DNA of 64,000 nucleotides from Elusimicrobiota bacterium (GCA_044221725.1 JBGAON010000002.1:481455-545454); one strand, 5' to 3'. Counted from the stretch's first letter, positions 29,246 to 39,205 are shown. Numbers and translations: made by a program. Notes: generated by a model from the letters alone, not told the origin.

Positions 29246-29714
29246 AAAACGAACCGTTCTGCTCTTATTAATCGCGACGAGCATCATCGGCTGCGGCAAG
29301 AAAGCAAAGGTTGCTCAGGCACCGACTCCCGCGTCAACGCCCATTCCGACGCCCACTCCTGTATCTCAAGAATTGAAAGAGAAGCCCGTGTACGTTTATT
29401 CTGGAGACCGGTTCAGAGATCCGTTTATGCCGGCGGGGCAATCCGCGAACTACCAGCCAGATGCTGTTTTCGATCCGCAACGCGCTTCTGTCAAAGGAAT
29501 TATTTTTGGAACCGACTATAAATCGGCGGTTCTTATGGTTGGAGGCACCGGAAGCTACTTTGTGAAATCCGGAAAGATTTTCGACATCATGGGAAAAACA
29601 GTGGAAGGATATTCGGCGAAAATTTTCGTTGATAAAGTTGTTTTGCTCGGCGAAGCCGACAACGTGTTTGAACTGAAAATAAAGAACACCGATGAGGAGG
29701 CAAAAGCATTATGA
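29229..29714 (+). CDS. pilP: Type IV pilus assembly lipoprotein PilP
   Basis: 161 aa with a lipobox (LLIATSIIGC), a Pro/Thr-rich linker and a C-terminal beta domain. Overlaps pilO by 17 nt. Confidence 0.8.
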   Translation: MRMLDKKRTVLLLLIATSIIGCGKKAKVAQAPTPASTPIPTPTPVSQELKEKPVYVYSGDRFRDPFMPAGQSANYQPDAVFDPQRASVKGIIFGTDYKSAVLMVGGTGSYFVKSGKIFDIMGKTVEGYSAKIFVDKVVLLGEADNVFELKIKNTDEEAKAL

Positions 29715-31450
29715 AGATTTATCAAAAACCTTTCCTCGCGATATTTTTGATATCGCAAATCGTCCTTGCAAATTTGCAAGGCGATCCGTCCTCCGGAGTT
29801 CCCGCGCTCACGAGCCTAAAGGCCGAGGGCGACAAGGTCACGATTAGCTTGAGTCAACTGATGCCCTATGACGTGTTCACGCTTACGTCTCCGCAACGTC
29901 TCGTGGTGGAAATCCCTGGAGTCCTTTACAAGGCAGGCATTAGCAAGAAGAACGTGGAAGGGGGGCTGGTGCGTCGCATCCGAGGCTATCAATTTAAGGA
30001 AAATCCTCTTATTTCGCGCGTCGTGATCGATCTCTCCTATCCCGTCGACTACAAAACCACCGCGGAAAACAACGAGATCGTTCTCTCGATGACGAAAAAT
30101 GCGAACGCGGTTAACGACGATTCGGAGAAGAAACCCCTCTCTGCCAAAGGCGAACGCACGCGCAAGCAGCGCGATCTGTTGGCCAGCCTTCCCAAAGAAG
30201 AAGTGACACTCGATTTTGAAGGGGCCGATATTCGCGACGTGATTCGTCTGATGGCGGAAACAAGCAACATTAATATTATTTTCGGTTCCGAAGTCGCCGG
30301 AACAATCGCGGTTCACCTGAAGAAGGTTCCGTTTGATGAAGCGTTTAGTACGATCATGAATCTTAAAGGACTGGTTCCGACTCAGCTCGGAGCAAATATT
30401 TTGCGCGTGACGACGCCGGATATCCTTCAGAAGGAACGTCAGAAAGCCGTCATGTTTACGAAAACCATTCCAATCAATTATTTAAAAGCAGATGACATGA
30501 TGAAGCACATCCAAGCCGTCATGACATCAGCGGGTCGAAAAGGAACGTTGACGGTAGCATCCGAAAACAACAGTCTCGTTATTACGGATTCGGAGGAAGG
30601 CATTCAGCAAGCCGAACGATTAATCGCGCAGCTCGATAGAAAGCCAAAACAGGTGATGATTGAAGCGCGTATTGTCGAGATTAACTTGAACAATGGTTTT
30701 GACATGGGCGTTCAGTGGGAATATGCAAATCAGTCCATTGATACCAACGCAGCAGGAACCGTGATCAATGGAGTTAAAGAAATCGGCGGAATTACAGACG
30801 ACGATGCTCTTTCGCGAATTCAACATTCGTTTGACGGAGGCACCACAAAATTTGGAGCGTTTACACCGCCGAACGGTACCGGCGTTGCGTTGCCTGGTCC
30901 TACCAGTGCCGCGATAACGTTTGGAATCGTAAAAGCGAACCGGATTCTCGACGTCAGCTTGCAGGCCTTGGTAACACAAAGCAAAGCGAAAATTTTGTCC
31001 GCACCAAAAGTCGTAACGATCAATGGAGAGTCCGCCAAAATTCAGGCGGTTCAAGATATTCGATTCAAGACATCGACGGTTTCGAACGGCGTTGTTTCCA
31101 GCGATTTTAAAACGGTGAGCGCCGGTATCATTCTTACGGTCACTCCCACGATAAATGCCGAAGATCGCATTACTTTGAAAATTAACCCGGAATCAAGCTT
31201 CCCGACCCAAGAGAGCACGGATGCGGGTCCTATCATTCGTACGCGCACAGCCCAAACAACGGTTGTGATCCGCGATGGCGACACGCTGGTCATCGGCGGC
31301 CTCATCGACGATCAAGACACGAAAGGGGTGAACAAAGTTCCGTTGCTCGGAGACATCCCAATTCTTGGCGCGTTCTTCCGCTCAACCACCACGAAAAAGA
31401 TACGTAACGAGCTTCTCGTGTTCGTCACACCGCGAATCGTTCGAGAATAA
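29711..31450 (+). CDS. pilQ: Type IV pilus secretin PilQ
   Basis: 579 aa with a signal peptide, an AMIN-like N-terminal domain, N0/N1 domains and a C-terminal secretin domain with the motif VPLLGDIPILGAFFR. Confidence 0.92.
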   Translation: MKIYQKPFLAIFLISQIVLANLQGDPSSGVPALTSLKAEGDKVTISLSQLMPYDVFTLTSPQRLVVEIPGVLYKAGISKKNVEGGLVRRIRGYQFKENPLISRVVIDLSYPVDYKTTAENNEIVLSMTKNANAVNDDSEKKPLSAKGERTRKQRDLLASLPKEEVTLDFEGADIRDVIRLMAETSNINIIFGSEVAGTIAVHLKKVPFDEAFSTIMNLKGLVPTQLGANILRVTTPDILQKERQKAVMFTKTIPINYLKADDMMKHIQAVMTSAGRKGTLTVASENNSLVITDSEEGIQQAERLIAQLDRKPKQVMIEARIVEINLNNGFDMGVQWEYANQSIDTNAAGTVINGVKEIGGITDDDALSRIQHSFDGGTTKFGAFTPPNGTGVALPGPTSAAITFGIVKANRILDVSLQALVTQSKAKILSAPKVVTINGESAKIQAVQDIRFKTSTVSNGVVSSDFKTVSAGIILTVTPTINAEDRITLKINPESSFPTQESTDAGPIIRTRTAQTTVVIRDGDTLVIGGLIDDQDTKGVNKVPLLGDIPILGAFFRSTTTKKIRNELLVFVTPRIVRE

Positions 31451-31506
31451 ATTCTCTTTCGTTGCTCTTCAATTCGGACGAATTTCTCAGCGGAAAACGA
31501 CTGCTG

Positions 31507-31515
31507 TGTTATAAT
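31507..31515 (+). promoter_or_regulatory. Possible extended -10 promoter element (TGtTATAAT) upstream of the GT2 gene
   Basis: TGT followed by TATAAT at 31507-31515. The -35 is weak. It ends 11 nt before the ATG, implying a very short leader. Confidence 0.3.
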
Positions 31516-31526
31516 CGCCCGCCTGC

Positions 31527-32462
31527 ATGAACCCACTAATATCCATTATTATTCCGGTCTTTAACGAGCAAGGAAATATTGTTCCGCTGTTTCAATCGAT
31601 CACAAAAGCGTGCTCGGCTATAAATTATGAGATTGTCGCCGTTGATGATGGATCGAGCGACGATTCGGCGAACGAATTGCTCGCGATGGCGTCACAAAAC
31701 TCCAAGATTAAGGTGGTTCGTTTGAAGCGAAATTTTGGACAAACGGCCGCATTGGCGGCCGGCATCGACCATTCGAAAGGAGATGTCATTGTTCCGTTGG
31801 ACGCCGATGGCCAAAACGATCCCAAAGACATTCCGGCGTTAATCGAGAAACTGAACGACGGATTTGATGTCGTGTCCGGTTGGCGAAAAGATCGCAAAGA
31901 CACTTTTCTCTCGCGGCGACTTCCGTCAATGATCGCAAATAAAATAATTTCGTCAGTGACCGGTGTGCGTTTGCACGATTACGGTTGCTCATTGAAAGCG
32001 TACCGTCGCTCGAATATCGCAGGCATCCAATTGTACGGAGAAATGCATCGATTCCTTCCAGCATGGTGTGTTTGGCAGGGGGGAAAGGTGGCAGAGATTC
32101 CGGTGGATCACCACCCGCGAACCGTGGGAAAATCAAAGTATGGAATCATGCGAACGTTTAAGGTGCTCATTGATTTAATAACGTTGAAATTTTTTAGCGG
32201 CTACTTATCCAAGCCCAGCCATCTGTTTTCCGGAACCGGTCTTGTTTTTTCGTTTTTCAGCATTGGAAGTGCTGCGTTTGCGGTGATCGACAAGATTGGT
32301 CCCGACCGATTTCCCAAGTTTCGCATTCCGCTGTTGTTGCTGGCCGTGTTCTTCGGACTTGGTTCGATTTTTTTGGTGCTCATGGGGTTGCTGGCGGAAC
32401 TGCTTGTTCGTCTCTATTTCCAAGTTCGCGATCAAAAGCCTTATCGCCTCGTGAATGAGTAA
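31527..32462 (+). CDS. Polyprenyl-phosphate glycosyltransferase (GT2; ArnC/GtrB/DPM1-like)
   Basis: 311 aa GT-A domain with IIIPVFNE, DDGSSD and a DxD-like PLDADGQND motif. Two C-terminal TM helices, the hallmark of Und-P-sugar synthases. Confidence 0.85.
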   Translation: MNPLISIIIPVFNEQGNIVPLFQSITKACSAINYEIVAVDDGSSDDSANELLAMASQNSKIKVVRLKRNFGQTAALAAGIDHSKGDVIVPLDADGQNDPKDIPALIEKLNDGFDVVSGWRKDRKDTFLSRRLPSMIANKIISSVTGVRLHDYGCSLKAYRRSNIAGIQLYGEMHRFLPAWCVWQGGKVAEIPVDHHPRTVGKSKYGIMRTFKVLIDLITLKFFSGYLSKPSHLFSGTGLVFSFFSIGSAAFAVIDKIGPDRFPKFRIPLLLLAVFFGLGSIFLVLMGLLAELLVRLYFQVRDQKPYRLVNE

Positions 32463-33420
32463 AATTTTCCGCATTTCCATCGGTCTTGTTATTAGTTTTG
32501 TTTTCCTCGCAATGGCCGCCCGCGGTTTTGATTTTGGCGTGCTCGTCACCGAATTGAGAAACGCCTCTTATATTTGGTTCCTTCCGGCCATCGCGATCTA
32601 CGTTCTAAACATGACGCTCCGTTCGCTTCGTTGGCGCACGCTGCTTTCTCCTCAGAAACAGATCCCAATGAAAACCGTTATTCCTACCTTGATTGTTGGG
32701 TTCTTCATGAACGCAATTCTGCCGGCAAGGGCGGGGGAGTTTATTCGTGCGTTTTCGATGGCTCGGAAGACAAATTTGCCGTCCGGCTCGGTGTTGGGGT
32801 CGGTCGTGCTCGAACGGTTGACCGATTTTTGCGGACTTGCGTTAGTAATCGCCATCGCGTCCCGCCTGTTGCCGTGGGACAAGTTGCCGATCGTTCCCAT
32901 TGTTTCGATTGTGGTTGCCGGTGTTATCGCTTGTTCCACAATGTTTTTTGTTCAGCGACGGCTAAAAAACAGAGCCTTATCCTCATCGTCCATACTCAAC
33001 AAAATCCAAACTTTGTTTTTGCAAGTAACGTCCGGTTTCTCGGCACTCCGATCCTTTTCGAAAGTGAGCCTGGTTATGCTTTTGTCATGGACCGTCTGGA
33101 TAAATGAACTATTGATGCCCTTTTTTATTTCACGAGCCATGCATCTTAATTTAACCTTCTTTGAATCCGGCGGACTGCTGACCGGGCTTAGTTTCGGCGT
33201 TATGATACCGGCGGCGCCCGGATTTATCGGAACGTACGAGTTCTTCGGAAAGACCGTTCTCGAAATGCTGGGGAAACCCGGTTCCCAAGCGCTTGGCTAT
33301 GTCGTGGTTTTGCATTTTTTCCACCTCTCCATGGTGACTTTGTTGGCGCTTTTTTGTTTCCTTTACGAATCCTCGTTTAGAAGTGAATCTGTTCCAAAGG
33401 GGGAACCGCAAACAACATGA
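32455..33420 (+). CDS. Flippase-like domain membrane protein (MprF-type LPG_synthase_TM / UPF0104)
   Basis: 321 aa with about 8 TM helices and family motifs LRSLRWRTLL and GFFMNAILPARAGEFIRA. Overlaps the GT2 stop, suggesting translational coupling. Confidence 0.75.
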   Translation: MSKIFRISIGLVISFVFLAMAARGFDFGVLVTELRNASYIWFLPAIAIYVLNMTLRSLRWRTLLSPQKQIPMKTVIPTLIVGFFMNAILPARAGEFIRAFSMARKTNLPSGSVLGSVVLERLTDFCGLALVIAIASRLLPWDKLPIVPIVSIVVAGVIACSTMFFVQRRLKNRALSSSSILNKIQTLFLQVTSGFSALRSFSKVSLVMLLSWTVWINELLMPFFISRAMHLNLTFFESGGLLTGLSFGVMIPAAPGFIGTYEFFGKTVLEMLGKPGSQALGYVVVLHFFHLSMVTLLALFCFLYESSFRSESVPKGEPQTT

Positions 33421-34451
33421 AACTGGACAACTCGGTTGTCGCAGCTCTCGCCTTTCTTTCAGCTCTTGATGTTGCTTTGTTGGTCACACCTCTCGCTCGC
33501 TTCCTTGCGAAACGATTTAATATTTACGACGTTCCCCGCACAGCGGTAAAAACGCACAAAGAACCGGTTCCTTACCTTGGCGGGACTGCAATTTTCGTTG
33601 GATTTGCGTTATCGCTCGTGCTGATTCGCTTTCTCACGTCCTTTCCAACAGGAACATTGCGGTCGTTACGCGGAATTATGGCCGGTGGTACGATCGTGTT
33701 CGCTCTCGGAATATTCGATGACTTAAAAACCGATGGCCTTCATTACCGCACAAAATTTTTCTTTCAGATCATTGCCGCGTGCATGGTGGCGCATTTTGGC
33801 GTGCGAATAAAATTCATCAATCCGCCTTGGTTCGCCTATGTGGTCACCATTGTTTGGATTGTGGGCATCACGAACGCGTTTAATCTCATCGATATTATGG
33901 ATGGGTTGGCGTCGGGTGTGGCGTTTATCGCAACGATGGCCTTTGTGTTCATTGCATTACCGACGGAAGAACTCTACGTAAACTTGGGGGCCGCCGCGCT
34001 CGGCGGCGCGGCGCTGGGTTTTATGCCTTACAATCTTTCGAAGCGGCTGCGAATATTTATGGGGGATGGTGGCAGTCTTTTCCTTGGTTTTGTGTGCAGC
34101 GCGCTCGCGCTGGGCACCTCATACGGACATCAGAACGAATGGGGAATTTTGGCGCCGCTCATGATTTTGTGTCCCGCCATATACGACACCTTGCTCGTGT
34201 TTATCGCCCGAATTCGTCGAGGGGTTTCTCCGTTTATTGGATCCAAAGACCATTTCGCGCTTCGACTTGAAATTCTTGGCTGGAAACGTCCGAAAATTTT
34301 GGTTTATACCCTTGGAATGTCCGCATTCTTGAGTCTGGGCGCTTACGCCGTAACGCGAGTCCCGTCCGGATTTGAGTTGGTCGTTTATTTTTTCACGATA
34401 CTTCTGTTGTTGGCTCTCAGCGCCTATCTGTCCAAAGCCAAAGTTCAATGA
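33417..34451 (+). CDS. Undecaprenyl-phosphate sugar-1-phosphate transferase (GT4 family, MraY/WecA-like)
   Basis: 344 aa polytopic membrane protein with WecA/MraY family motifs (NAFNLIDIMDGLA, GDGGSLFLGF). Confidence 0.8.
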   Translation: MKLDNSVVAALAFLSALDVALLVTPLARFLAKRFNIYDVPRTAVKTHKEPVPYLGGTAIFVGFALSLVLIRFLTSFPTGTLRSLRGIMAGGTIVFALGIFDDLKTDGLHYRTKFFFQIIAACMVAHFGVRIKFINPPWFAYVVTIVWIVGITNAFNLIDIMDGLASGVAFIATMAFVFIALPTEELYVNLGAAALGGAALGFMPYNLSKRLRIFMGDGGSLFLGFVCSALALGTSYGHQNEWGILAPLMILCPAIYDTLLVFIARIRRGVSPFIGSKDHFALRLEILGWKRPKILVYTLGMSAFLSLGAYAVTRVPSGFELVVYFFTILLLLALSAYLSKAKVQ

Positions 34452-35746
34452 AACCGGTTCTCATCGTTGGCGGAGGCCTGGCCGGAGTCTCAACGGCCTA
34501 TCATTTAAAGAACCGACCGATCGTTTTGGCCGAAAAGGAAAATGAAGTGGGTGGCACCGCCCGCTCTTACCATGTTGGGAAATTCACGTTTGACATCACG
34601 GGCCATTTGCTTCATCTGCACTCAGACTACACGAAGAAATTAATTCCAAAACTTCTTGCCAACAATTTTTTCACGTGTCAACGAAACGCGAAAGTATTCT
34701 CGAACGGCCGTGTGACAAAATTTCCATTTCAGGCCTACACAAACGGACTGCCTTCTTCCGTTGTTGATGAATGCGTACTCGGTTTTTTTGACGCTTTTCT
34801 AACGAGCGCGCACAAAAAACCTTCCTCGGATCCCGATTTCCGCACGTGGTGCTTTGAAACATTTGGCAGCGGAATAGCCAAACATTTCATGATTCCTTAC
34901 AACGAAAAGCTCTACCAAGTTCGTGCAACTGCTATGACCACCGATTGGTGCGGCCCGTTTGTTCCGATGCCGAAACTGAAGGACGTGGTTCGAGGGGCAC
35001 TGGAGAACGAAGGAGACAATTTCGGTTACAACACCTCGTTCATTTACCCAAAAAACGGCGGTATTCAAGTGTTGGCGCAGGCGCTGGCAAAACGGGTCGA
35101 GGGAATTCAGCTAAACACAACGGTCGATCGGATCAATCTGCGCGAGCGAACCGCAACTTTATCGAACGGTAAAACCGTTTCTTATTCGTCGCTGGTCAAT
35201 ACGATCCCCCTACCGGAATTGCTGAAAAAGATTTCGCCGCTACCACGGTCAATTAAACAAGCGTCAAATCAGCTGCGATTCAGTTCCATCTGGTGCGTGA
35301 ACATTGGCGTTCGACGCCCGCGTATTTCGGATGCTTCGTGGATTTATTTCGCCGAAAAACACTTTCCTTTTTACCGGGTTGGATTTCCTATGAATTTTAC
35401 GCCGCACGTGGTTCCCAAGGGATGCAGCTCCATGTACGTGGAAGTTCCGATGCGATCAAATCGCAACAAATCCAAACCCGAACTTCTCGCAGATATCCGG
35501 AAAGGACTTGTGCGCGCTGGAATTCTTAAGCCCTCCGACAAATTCGTGATTGTACAATTCATACCTGTGAAATACGCCTATGTGATCTACAATCGCGACC
35601 GCCGCGCTGCTCTCAAAAAAATATTTTCTTTCCTCAATAGAAATAGCATCCAAACAATTGGTCGTTATGGTGCTTGGAAATATTCGTTCATGGAAGAAGC
35701 GATACTTGATGGCAAGAAAGCTGCCGAAAAAATCTTAAATGGCTGA
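34448..35746 (+). CDS. FAD-dependent oxidoreductase (amine-oxidase / UDP-galactopyranose-mutase-like fold)
   Basis: 432 aa with an N-terminal dinucleotide-binding motif (VLIVGGGLAGVSTAY...EKENEVGG) and a C-terminal GR..xWKY closing motif. Embedded among glycosyltransferases. Confidence 0.6.
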   Translation: MKPVLIVGGGLAGVSTAYHLKNRPIVLAEKENEVGGTARSYHVGKFTFDITGHLLHLHSDYTKKLIPKLLANNFFTCQRNAKVFSNGRVTKFPFQAYTNGLPSSVVDECVLGFFDAFLTSAHKKPSSDPDFRTWCFETFGSGIAKHFMIPYNEKLYQVRATAMTTDWCGPFVPMPKLKDVVRGALENEGDNFGYNTSFIYPKNGGIQVLAQALAKRVEGIQLNTTVDRINLRERTATLSNGKTVSYSSLVNTIPLPELLKKISPLPRSIKQASNQLRFSSIWCVNIGVRRPRISDASWIYFAEKHFPFYRVGFPMNFTPHVVPKGCSSMYVEVPMRSNRNKSKPELLADIRKGLVRAGILKPSDKFVIVQFIPVKYAYVIYNRDRRAALKKIFSFLNRNSIQTIGRYGAWKYSFMEEAILDGKKAAEKILNG

Positions 35747-36884
35747 CGGCCGAACAACCGTTGTTCATCTAATTACGCTGCTCGAGTTCGGCGGTGCCCA
35801 GGGCAACACGATCTATACCGTTGAACATCTGAATCCGAAAAAGTTCGATGTTTATCTCTGGAGCGGTCGCGGGGCGTACTGGGACAGATATGTTGAGCAA
35901 AATCCGGAACTAAAAAAGCGAACGAGATATTTCAAGAGTCTCGTCCGTCCAGTGAATCCCCTATGGGATTTCATCGCCGTTTTTTCGTTGTGGCGCGCGC
36001 TCGAGAAATTGAAACCCGCCATTCTTCACACGCATTCTTCCAAAGCCGGAATTGTCGGGCGAATAGCGGGTTGGCTCGCCGGCGTTCCCGTCATCATCCA
36101 CACGTTTCACGGATTTGGGTTTAATGATGAGCAACGGGCCCTCACGCGTTGGTTTTTCGTTTGGCTCGAGAAAGCAATGGCGCCGCTCGCAACAAAATTA
36201 ATTTTCGTTTCCGAAGCGAATCGCCGAACGGCGCAAGAGCTGAAAATCGGCCGAGACGGCCAATACGAATTAATTCGAAGCGGCGTTCCGTTGACGGAAA
36301 TTCGCCGGCACTCGAAAACAAAAAAATCTGATTATCGCGACCTTGGTCCGGAACAATCGCCTTGGATCGTAACGATAGGCGCGTTCAAACCACAAAAGAA
36401 TTTGTCCGATTTTCTGATCGCGGCTAAAAAGATCCGCGAAAGCTTTCCGACGGCATTTTTTATCATGTTGGGCGACGGCGAACTTCGTTCGCAACTGGAA
36501 AGCGAAGTCGACAGCCTTGGCTTGAGCGGGCATATTGTCATGCCGGGTTGGCGGCAAGATGCCACGCGAATACTCGCGGCCTCCGATGTATTCGTGATGA
36601 CATCGTTGTGGGAAGGACTTCCGCGAGCGTTGGTGGAAGCACTTGCCTTGGAGAAACCATCGGTTTGTTACGACACGGATGGTGTCCGGGATATTCTCGG
36701 CGCCGAAGATGGGAGCCTCGTTTCCCGACACGATACTTCTCGGCTCGCCGAAAAGGTGGTGTCACTTCTATCGAATAACGCGCTGTACGCAAAAGTTGCA
36801 TCCCAAAGCGCGCAACGGATTGGTCGCGATTTCGATATCGACGAGATGGTTATTCAACAGGAACGGCTCTATAATTCCCTTTAA
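35739..36884 (+). CDS. Glycosyltransferase, GT-B fold (Glycos_transf_1 / CAZy GT4)
   Basis: 381 aa with a C-terminal GT1 domain and an E-x7-E-like region (LWEGLPRALVEALA). Confidence 0.8.
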   Translation: MADGRTTVVHLITLLEFGGAQGNTIYTVEHLNPKKFDVYLWSGRGAYWDRYVEQNPELKKRTRYFKSLVRPVNPLWDFIAVFSLWRALEKLKPAILHTHSSKAGIVGRIAGWLAGVPVIIHTFHGFGFNDEQRALTRWFFVWLEKAMAPLATKLIFVSEANRRTAQELKIGRDGQYELIRSGVPLTEIRRHSKTKKSDYRDLGPEQSPWIVTIGAFKPQKNLSDFLIAAKKIRESFPTAFFIMLGDGELRSQLESEVDSLGLSGHIVMPGWRQDATRILAASDVFVMTSLWEGLPRALVEALALEKPSVCYDTDGVRDILGAEDGSLVSRHDTSRLAEKVVSLLSNNALYAKVASQSAQRIGRDFDIDEMVIQQERLYNSL

Positions 36885-36949
36885 TACCTCCCCGCTGTTG
36901 CAAAGATCCTTTTTTGTAGAATTAATTCGCGACCGGATGGAACTAAGAA

Positions 36950-39205
36950 ATGCGAAAAAAACTACTCCTAACCTTCCTCCCACTTGCCCTTATTCCATTA
37001 ATAGGAGCAGGACTCCTCTCGTTTAGCCTCGCAAAAAAAGCTCTTACCCAAAAAGCGTTTAATCATCTCGAATCGATTTCGTCTTTGCAGCAAAGCCGCA
37101 TCGAAAGTTTTCATGATCGAAATCTTGAACGATTCGGTCTGTTGGTCGACCGTATTCTGCTGCGCGTTATTGTCGACCATTATTTACCATTCCCAACACA
37201 AACCGACCATCAACGCCTCAATGAACTTCTCAATCGAACGAAACAATCGGCGCCAGACTTTAAGTCGATTTCTATTTTATCAGCCAGCGGCAAAGTTATT
37301 TCTTCGACGGATCCACGTCGAATAAATCGCGACTATTCATCGAATCCTTTCTTTCTCCGCGGCAGAAAGTCCAATGATTTTGATGCGATCGATTTGGATC
37401 AAAATGGGGAGTTTAATACGTACTTCATTGGGCCTTTGATTCAGGATGGAACGCTCATCGGCGTGTTGCTCATCGAAGAAAATATGGATCAATTGTATCC
37501 GTGGATAAAAGATTTCTCCGGTCTCGGCCAGACCGGCGAGTCTTATATCGTTAAACCGTTGCCCCGCGGTGGAATTGTATATTTAACATCCTTGCGGTTT
37601 GATTCCTCGGCTGTAATGAAAACGAACGTCCGCCGCGAAGAGATATCACCACTTTCCAATCCAGCCGACGCTTCATTCGATCACCCGACCTTTGGAATCG
37701 ACTATCGCTCACAGCCCGTTATTTCACTGGCGCGTTTTCTGCACCGACTAAATTGGGTTCTCGTTGTAAAAATCGATCAGCGCGAAGCGTTCCAGTCCGT
37801 CATGGAACTTCGAAATTGGTTTTTGTTGTTCTTTTTGTTCTCGGCAATTTCAGTGACGGTGCTGGCGCATTTTCTTGCAAAATCGATTGTCGAACCGATG
37901 CGTCAGTTGACACGTATGGCAGAGGAGGTCCAAAGCGGTAAGCCCCCGATCACGGCTCCAATTTATTATCAGAAAAACGAATTGGGAGTGCTCGCAAAAG
38001 CTTTCATTAATTCGGCCGCAAATCTGTTGAGAATTAAAGAGGAACTGGAGTTGAAGGTGAGCGAGCGCATGGTCGAACTCAAACAATCGCGCTCGTTCCT
38101 GAATTCTGTCATTGAGAACATACCCAACATGATATTTGTGAAGGACGCGGAGGATTTGCGCTTCGTGACGTTTAACAAAGCCGGCGAGGAATTGTTGGGA
38201 CTCGAACGATCCTCGTTGATTGGAAAAAATGATTTTGATTTCTTCCCGAAGGAGGAGGCTGCATTTTTCGTAAAAAAAGATCGCGAAGTTCTCAACAACC
38301 GCCGCCTGGTGGACATTTCCGAGGAACCTATTCACACGAAAAAAGGCATTCGAATTCTTCACACAAAGAAAATCCCAATCATGGATGAAAACAATAGCCC
38401 AAAATATCTTTTGGGCATTTCCGAAGACATCACGGAACGAAAAAAAACGGAAGAAACGTTGATTCAGAAACAGGCCGAACTGGCCCGTTCAAACGCGGAA
38501 AGAGAACAATTGGAACTATTTGCATCCGTGGCCGCCCACGATCTGCAGGAACCGTTGAAGAAAATCGTGGCTTTCGGCGACTTGCTTCGCATGGAGGCCG
38601 CCCAGTCACTGAGCAGCGAAGCCGCGGACTATCTCGAACGTATGAGGAGCGCGGCCCGACGTATGAGCGAGCTTATTTCGGACCTTTTAAAGTTTTCGCG
38701 CATGACGACACATCAGGATGTCTACGAGATCGTGAATGTCGAACACCTTCTCACGGAACTGCTATCGGACCTTGAAATTCAGATCGCGGAGTCGCGGGCC
38801 GAGATCGAAATCGGTCAAATGCCCATTCTCAAAGTAAACCGTGTGCAGTTTCGAGAGGTTTTTCAGAATTTGATTAGCAACGCCATAAAGTTTCGACAAA
38901 AAACGCGGTCGCCCCAGATTCGTATCGCGAGCAAAATGGAAACCGACGGCATTAATATTTTAGTTTCAGATAACGGAATTGGATTCGATGAAAAATTCTC
39001 AGAAAGAATCTTTCGGCCATTCGAACGCCTGCACAGACGAAGCGAATACAAAGGGAGCGGCGTGGGATTGGCAATTTGTCAACGAATCATTGCCAATTAT
39101 GGTGGGAGAATTTCCGTGAAGAGCATCATCGGCGACGGAACGACGTTTACGATTCATCTGCCCGGTGCTCTTTTGGCGAAAGAAAACGTGGTTGCTGCGA
39201 ACTGA
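36950..39205 (+). CDS. Sensor histidine kinase (periplasmic Cache-like sensor, HAMP, PAS, HisKA, HATPase)
   Basis: 751 aa. TM1, a roughly 260-aa periplasmic domain, TM2, a HAMP-like linker and a PAS domain. The H-box is FASVAAHDLQEPL. The C-terminal ATPase has N, G1 and G2 boxes (DNGIGF, GSGVGLA). Confidence 0.88.
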   Translation: MRKKLLLTFLPLALIPLIGAGLLSFSLAKKALTQKAFNHLESISSLQQSRIESFHDRNLERFGLLVDRILLRVIVDHYLPFPTQTDHQRLNELLNRTKQSAPDFKSISILSASGKVISSTDPRRINRDYSSNPFFLRGRKSNDFDAIDLDQNGEFNTYFIGPLIQDGTLIGVLLIEENMDQLYPWIKDFSGLGQTGESYIVKPLPRGGIVYLTSLRFDSSAVMKTNVRREEISPLSNPADASFDHPTFGIDYRSQPVISLARFLHRLNWVLVVKIDQREAFQSVMELRNWFLLFFLFSAISVTVLAHFLAKSIVEPMRQLTRMAEEVQSGKPPITAPIYYQKNELGVLAKAFINSAANLLRIKEELELKVSERMVELKQSRSFLNSVIENIPNMIFVKDAEDLRFVTFNKAGEELLGLERSSLIGKNDFDFFPKEEAAFFVKKDREVLNNRRLVDISEEPIHTKKGIRILHTKKIPIMDENNSPKYLLGISEDITERKKTEETLIQKQAELARSNAEREQLELFASVAAHDLQEPLKKIVAFGDLLRMEAAQSLSSEAADYLERMRSAARRMSELISDLLKFSRMTTHQDVYEIVNVEHLLTELLSDLEIQIAESRAEIEIGQMPILKVNRVQFREVFQNLISNAIKFRQKTRSPQIRIASKMETDGINILVSDNGIGFDEKFSERIFRPFERLHRRSEYKGSGVGLAICQRIIANYGGRISVKSIIGDGTTFTIHLPGALLAKENVVAAN

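Noticed and set aside
36898-36927. Possible promoter upstream of the histidine kinase (TTGCAA, 18 nt, TTAATT).
   Set aside because: Non-optimal spacer and a weak -10. Plausible but not distinguishable from chance in an AT-rich gap.
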